64,000 nucleotides of DNA from a virus. Shown here piece after piece: positions 61,754-64,000 of this stretch (positions within the stretch are counted from its first letter, which is position 1; each line of letters begins with the position of its first letter). A program made the translations under genes and the position numbers. The DNA lies in the IMG/VR virus record IMGVR_UViG_3300023178_001963; one strand, written 5' to 3'. The notes beneath the pieces were generated by a model. The model saw only the letters and a program-made list of their open reading frames with translations. It did no database searches and was not told where the DNA came from.

Positions 61754-61830
61754 GTTTTAAGATAAGTTTATACATAACACATAATTGATAAATACATTTA
61801 ATAAATTAAAGTATTTTTTAGGAGAGATAC

Positions 61831-62670
61831 ATGGCAGCATATGCAATTCAGTTTAGACGAGGTACTACGCTTGAACATAGTGCATTCACCGGCGAAGTAG
61901 GTGAAGTAACAGTAGATACCGATAAAAACACACTTATTGTACACGACGGTACAACACCAGGCGGTCATCAGATTGCTCTTTATTCTGACATTTCAGGTGC
62001 TCCAAGCAGTGGTGGTAGTTCAACACCAGGCGGTGCTTCTACAACAGTTTCAGATACAGCACCAACAAGTCCGTCAAACGGCGATTTTTGGTACAATTCA
62101 TCTACACTAGGTCTATTTATTTACTATAATGACGGAAATAGTTCACAGTGGGTACAAGTGAGTGGTGGCGTTTCAACAGGTGAAACAGTAATCAGTTCGG
62201 ATACAGCTCCTAGTAGTCCAGACTCTGGTGACTTTTGGTTAGATAGTACAAATTTAGACTTGTATGTTTATTATGTCGACTCAAACGGTACAGGACAATG
62301 GATCCAAGTAAGTGCGGCAGCGGGTACAACTTCTATTGGTACTGGCGACACAATAGTATCAACATCTGATACTGGTATAGAAGGTACAATAGGATTTACA
62401 ACAGATAATGTATTACGTTGGGAAATAAAACCAGCTGGTCATCTAATACCGAACGGAAATACACTATATGACATTGGTGAACCAGAAAATAAAATCAGAG
62501 ACCTGTATATGTCAACTGCTACTATTCATACTGATGGTGGTAATATTTCAACAACTGATGGTATTTTTAAATTTGCAGGTGAGCCTGTTATTCTAGTTTC
62601 AACATTGAAAGAATTATTGTCAGAATCAGAATCATTTGAAGAATTTAAAAATAATATTTCAAATATGTAA
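61831..62670 (+). CDS. Fibre-associated protein with Mtd-N-like N-terminal domain
   Basis: 'IQFRRGTT.EHS.FTG..GEVTVDTDK.TL.VHDG.T.GG' plus two 'AP..P..GDFW..S..L..YY.D....QW.Q' repeats. Confidence 0.75.
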   Translation: MAAYAIQFRRGTTLEHSAFTGEVGEVTVDTDKNTLIVHDGTTPGGHQIALYSDISGAPSSGGSSTPGGASTTVSDTAPTSPSNGDFWYNSSTLGLFIYYNDGNSSQWVQVSGGVSTGETVISSDTAPSSPDSGDFWLDSTNLDLYVYYVDSNGTGQWIQVSAAAGTTSIGTGDTIVSTSDTGIEGTIGFTTDNVLRWEIKPAGHLIPNGNTLYDIGEPENKIRDLYMSTATIHTDGGNISTTDGIFKFAGEPVILVSTLKELLSESESFEEFKNNISNM

Positions 62671-62693
62671 TTAAATTAGTAGGGAGACGCCAG

Positions 62694-64000
62694 ATGGGTA
62701 AATATAAAGGCTTGAATATTAGTGGTGGTTTATCCGCAAACTTTAAAAAGTTAAGAGTCAAAAAGACAATTGCGGTTACAGAGTTACTTGATAGAGGCCA
62801 TGTTTACGAAGGCAGATCCGACTTACCTACAAAAGGCGCAGGCCACAGACGAGGCCGCGGAGCAGAAAAATCTAATCGAAAAGGTTCACGTGGGGCTACT
62901 CGTGGATCAATTGACTTAGGGTATGTATCAGGTGATGGCTCAAATGTTGTTGTTAATGAAGATTATGGTTTATTAACAGAAAACGCTGTTCCTATAGGAC
63001 AGGCAATCAAGGAAACAAGAAGACAAGCAGGTATAACTGATTCGCAAGCTGAAGCATCAATTACACCTCCTGCTGCAGCTGTCAGTGGTACAATATTTCA
63101 AGTTACAGTTGGTCCTAAAACAGGTGGCGGAAATGCGTTTTATATCAATGGAGTTGAGTCTCCAGAACTTACTATAGTAAAACCTGGTTCTTATATTTTT
63201 AGTCAAGTTGATCCATCCAATGTTGGACACCCATTAAGATTTTCACTAGATGGCGGCGCTACAGAATATACAACTGGTGTAACCGCACACGGAACTATCG
63301 GTACTGTAAACTCTTATGTACATATAATTGTAGGCAATGAAGATATTACAGGTTTATCTTACTACTGCACTGTACATGGGCAGGGTATGGGTAATACTAT
63401 AACAGAAGGTTCTGAAGTATGGACTCCACCAAGCGCAAATGAAGAAACTGGTGGAGAAAATGGCGGTGAACAATCAACTTCAACACCAACAGTTGTTTCT
63501 GGTTCTAGTGAAACTTCAATACACATCACAACAGATGGTGCTGCAGGTGTTAATAACAGTTTCGCAGACTCATCTTCAAATGCTTACACGATTACAGCAA
63601 ATGGTGACCCACAACTGAATACATTCAGTCCATATCGTTCTGGTGGCTATAGTACATACTTTGATGGGTCTGGAGATTATCTGCGTGATGACACAATTGC
63701 TGATGACTTAGATAATACAGGAGATAATCTTAGTGATAGCTTTACTATGGAGTTGTGGGTTTATGACGAAACACCAGGAGAAGACAATTGCATAATAAGC
63801 TCAAATTCTACTGCAACGGGTGCAAATGATTTTCTATTGATGAATAATGACATCTTATGGCTTAGTTCGGTAAAAATGACATTTTCACTTACTGCTAATA
63901 CTTGGCATCATTTAGTAGTAGAATATGATCGAAGTTCAGGAAACTATCTTTCTTGTTGGTTAGATGGAACGAGGGTAAATAGAGTTTCCGTTTCTGGTGC
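62694..64000 (+). CDS. Modular virion protein, paralogue 3 (basic leader, cupredoxin-like domain, LamG/ConA-like domain), truncated by the window end
   Basis: Hand translation from ATG 62694 (GGGAGA RBS): MGKYKGLNISGGLSANFKKLRVKK..; 'GHPLRF..YYCTVHGQGMG'; 'YFDGSGDYL..FTMELWVY..NTWHHLVV'. Confidence 0.8.
   Translation, partial: MGKYKGLNISGGLSANFKKLRVKKTIAVTELLDRGHVYEGRSDLPTKGAGHRRGRGAEKSNRKGSRGATRGSIDLGYVSGDGSNVVVNEDYGLLTENAVPIGQAIKETRRQAGITDSQAEASITPPAAAVSGTIFQVTVGPKTGGGNAFYINGVESPELTIVKPGSYIFSQVDPSNVGHPLRFSLDGGATEYTTGVTAHGTIGTVNSYVHIIVGNEDITGLSYYCTVHGQGMGNTITEGSEVWTPPSANEETGGENGGEQSTSTPTVVSGSSETSIHITTDGAAGVNNSFADSSSNAYTITANGDPQLNTFSPYRSGGYSTYFDGSGDYLRDDTIADDLDNTGDNLSDSFTMELWVYDETPGEDNCIISSNSTATGANDFLLMNNDILWLSSVKMTFSLTANTWHHLVVEYDRSSGNYLSCWLDGTRVNRVSVSG

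Noticed and set aside
61831-62670. Diversity-generating retroelement suggested by the Mtd-N-like domain
   Set aside because: No reverse transcriptase and no template/variable repeat pair with adenine-specific differences in the window.
1-64000. Stop-codon reassignment (seen in some jumbo phages)
   Set aside because: Core genes are full length in the standard code, and TAA, TGA and TAG all end genes at sensible positions.

Overview
A 64-kb, AT-rich segment of a large T4-related myophage. Gene content and order resemble the Rak2/GAP32-type jumbo phages and their aquatic relatives. The window holds most of the morphogenesis module: baseplate wedge and hub, tape measure, portal, scaffold, prohead protease, major capsid, neck, sheath, tube, head completion and fibre-like proteins. 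It also carries the gp55-type late sigma factor, the gp47/gp46 recombination nuclease, a Holliday junction resolvase, dNMP kinase and accessory genes (ClpP, SDR, PhyH-type dioxygenase, Nudix hydrolase, SutA-like protein). Late genes are preceded by (G/T)ATAAATA boxes and several accessory islands by sigma70-type promoters. I saw no tRNA, CRISPR array, integrase or intron. The most interesting signals outside the ORF track are: (1) a ~0.55-kb GC-richer, highly structured intergenic region whose G-U pairing points to a minus-strand large ncRNA; (2) a complete -1 programmed frameshift signal joining the gp26-like and gp51-like hub genes; (3) a ~110-nt small RNA with its own promoter, terminator and an anti-Shine-Dalgarno loop, next to a SutA-like gene; (4) three large modular proteins sharing a basic N-terminal leader; (5) GcrA-type GANTC motifs in early promoters, hinting at an alphaproteobacterial host. 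All calls come from reading motifs and synteny by eye; no database searches were run.
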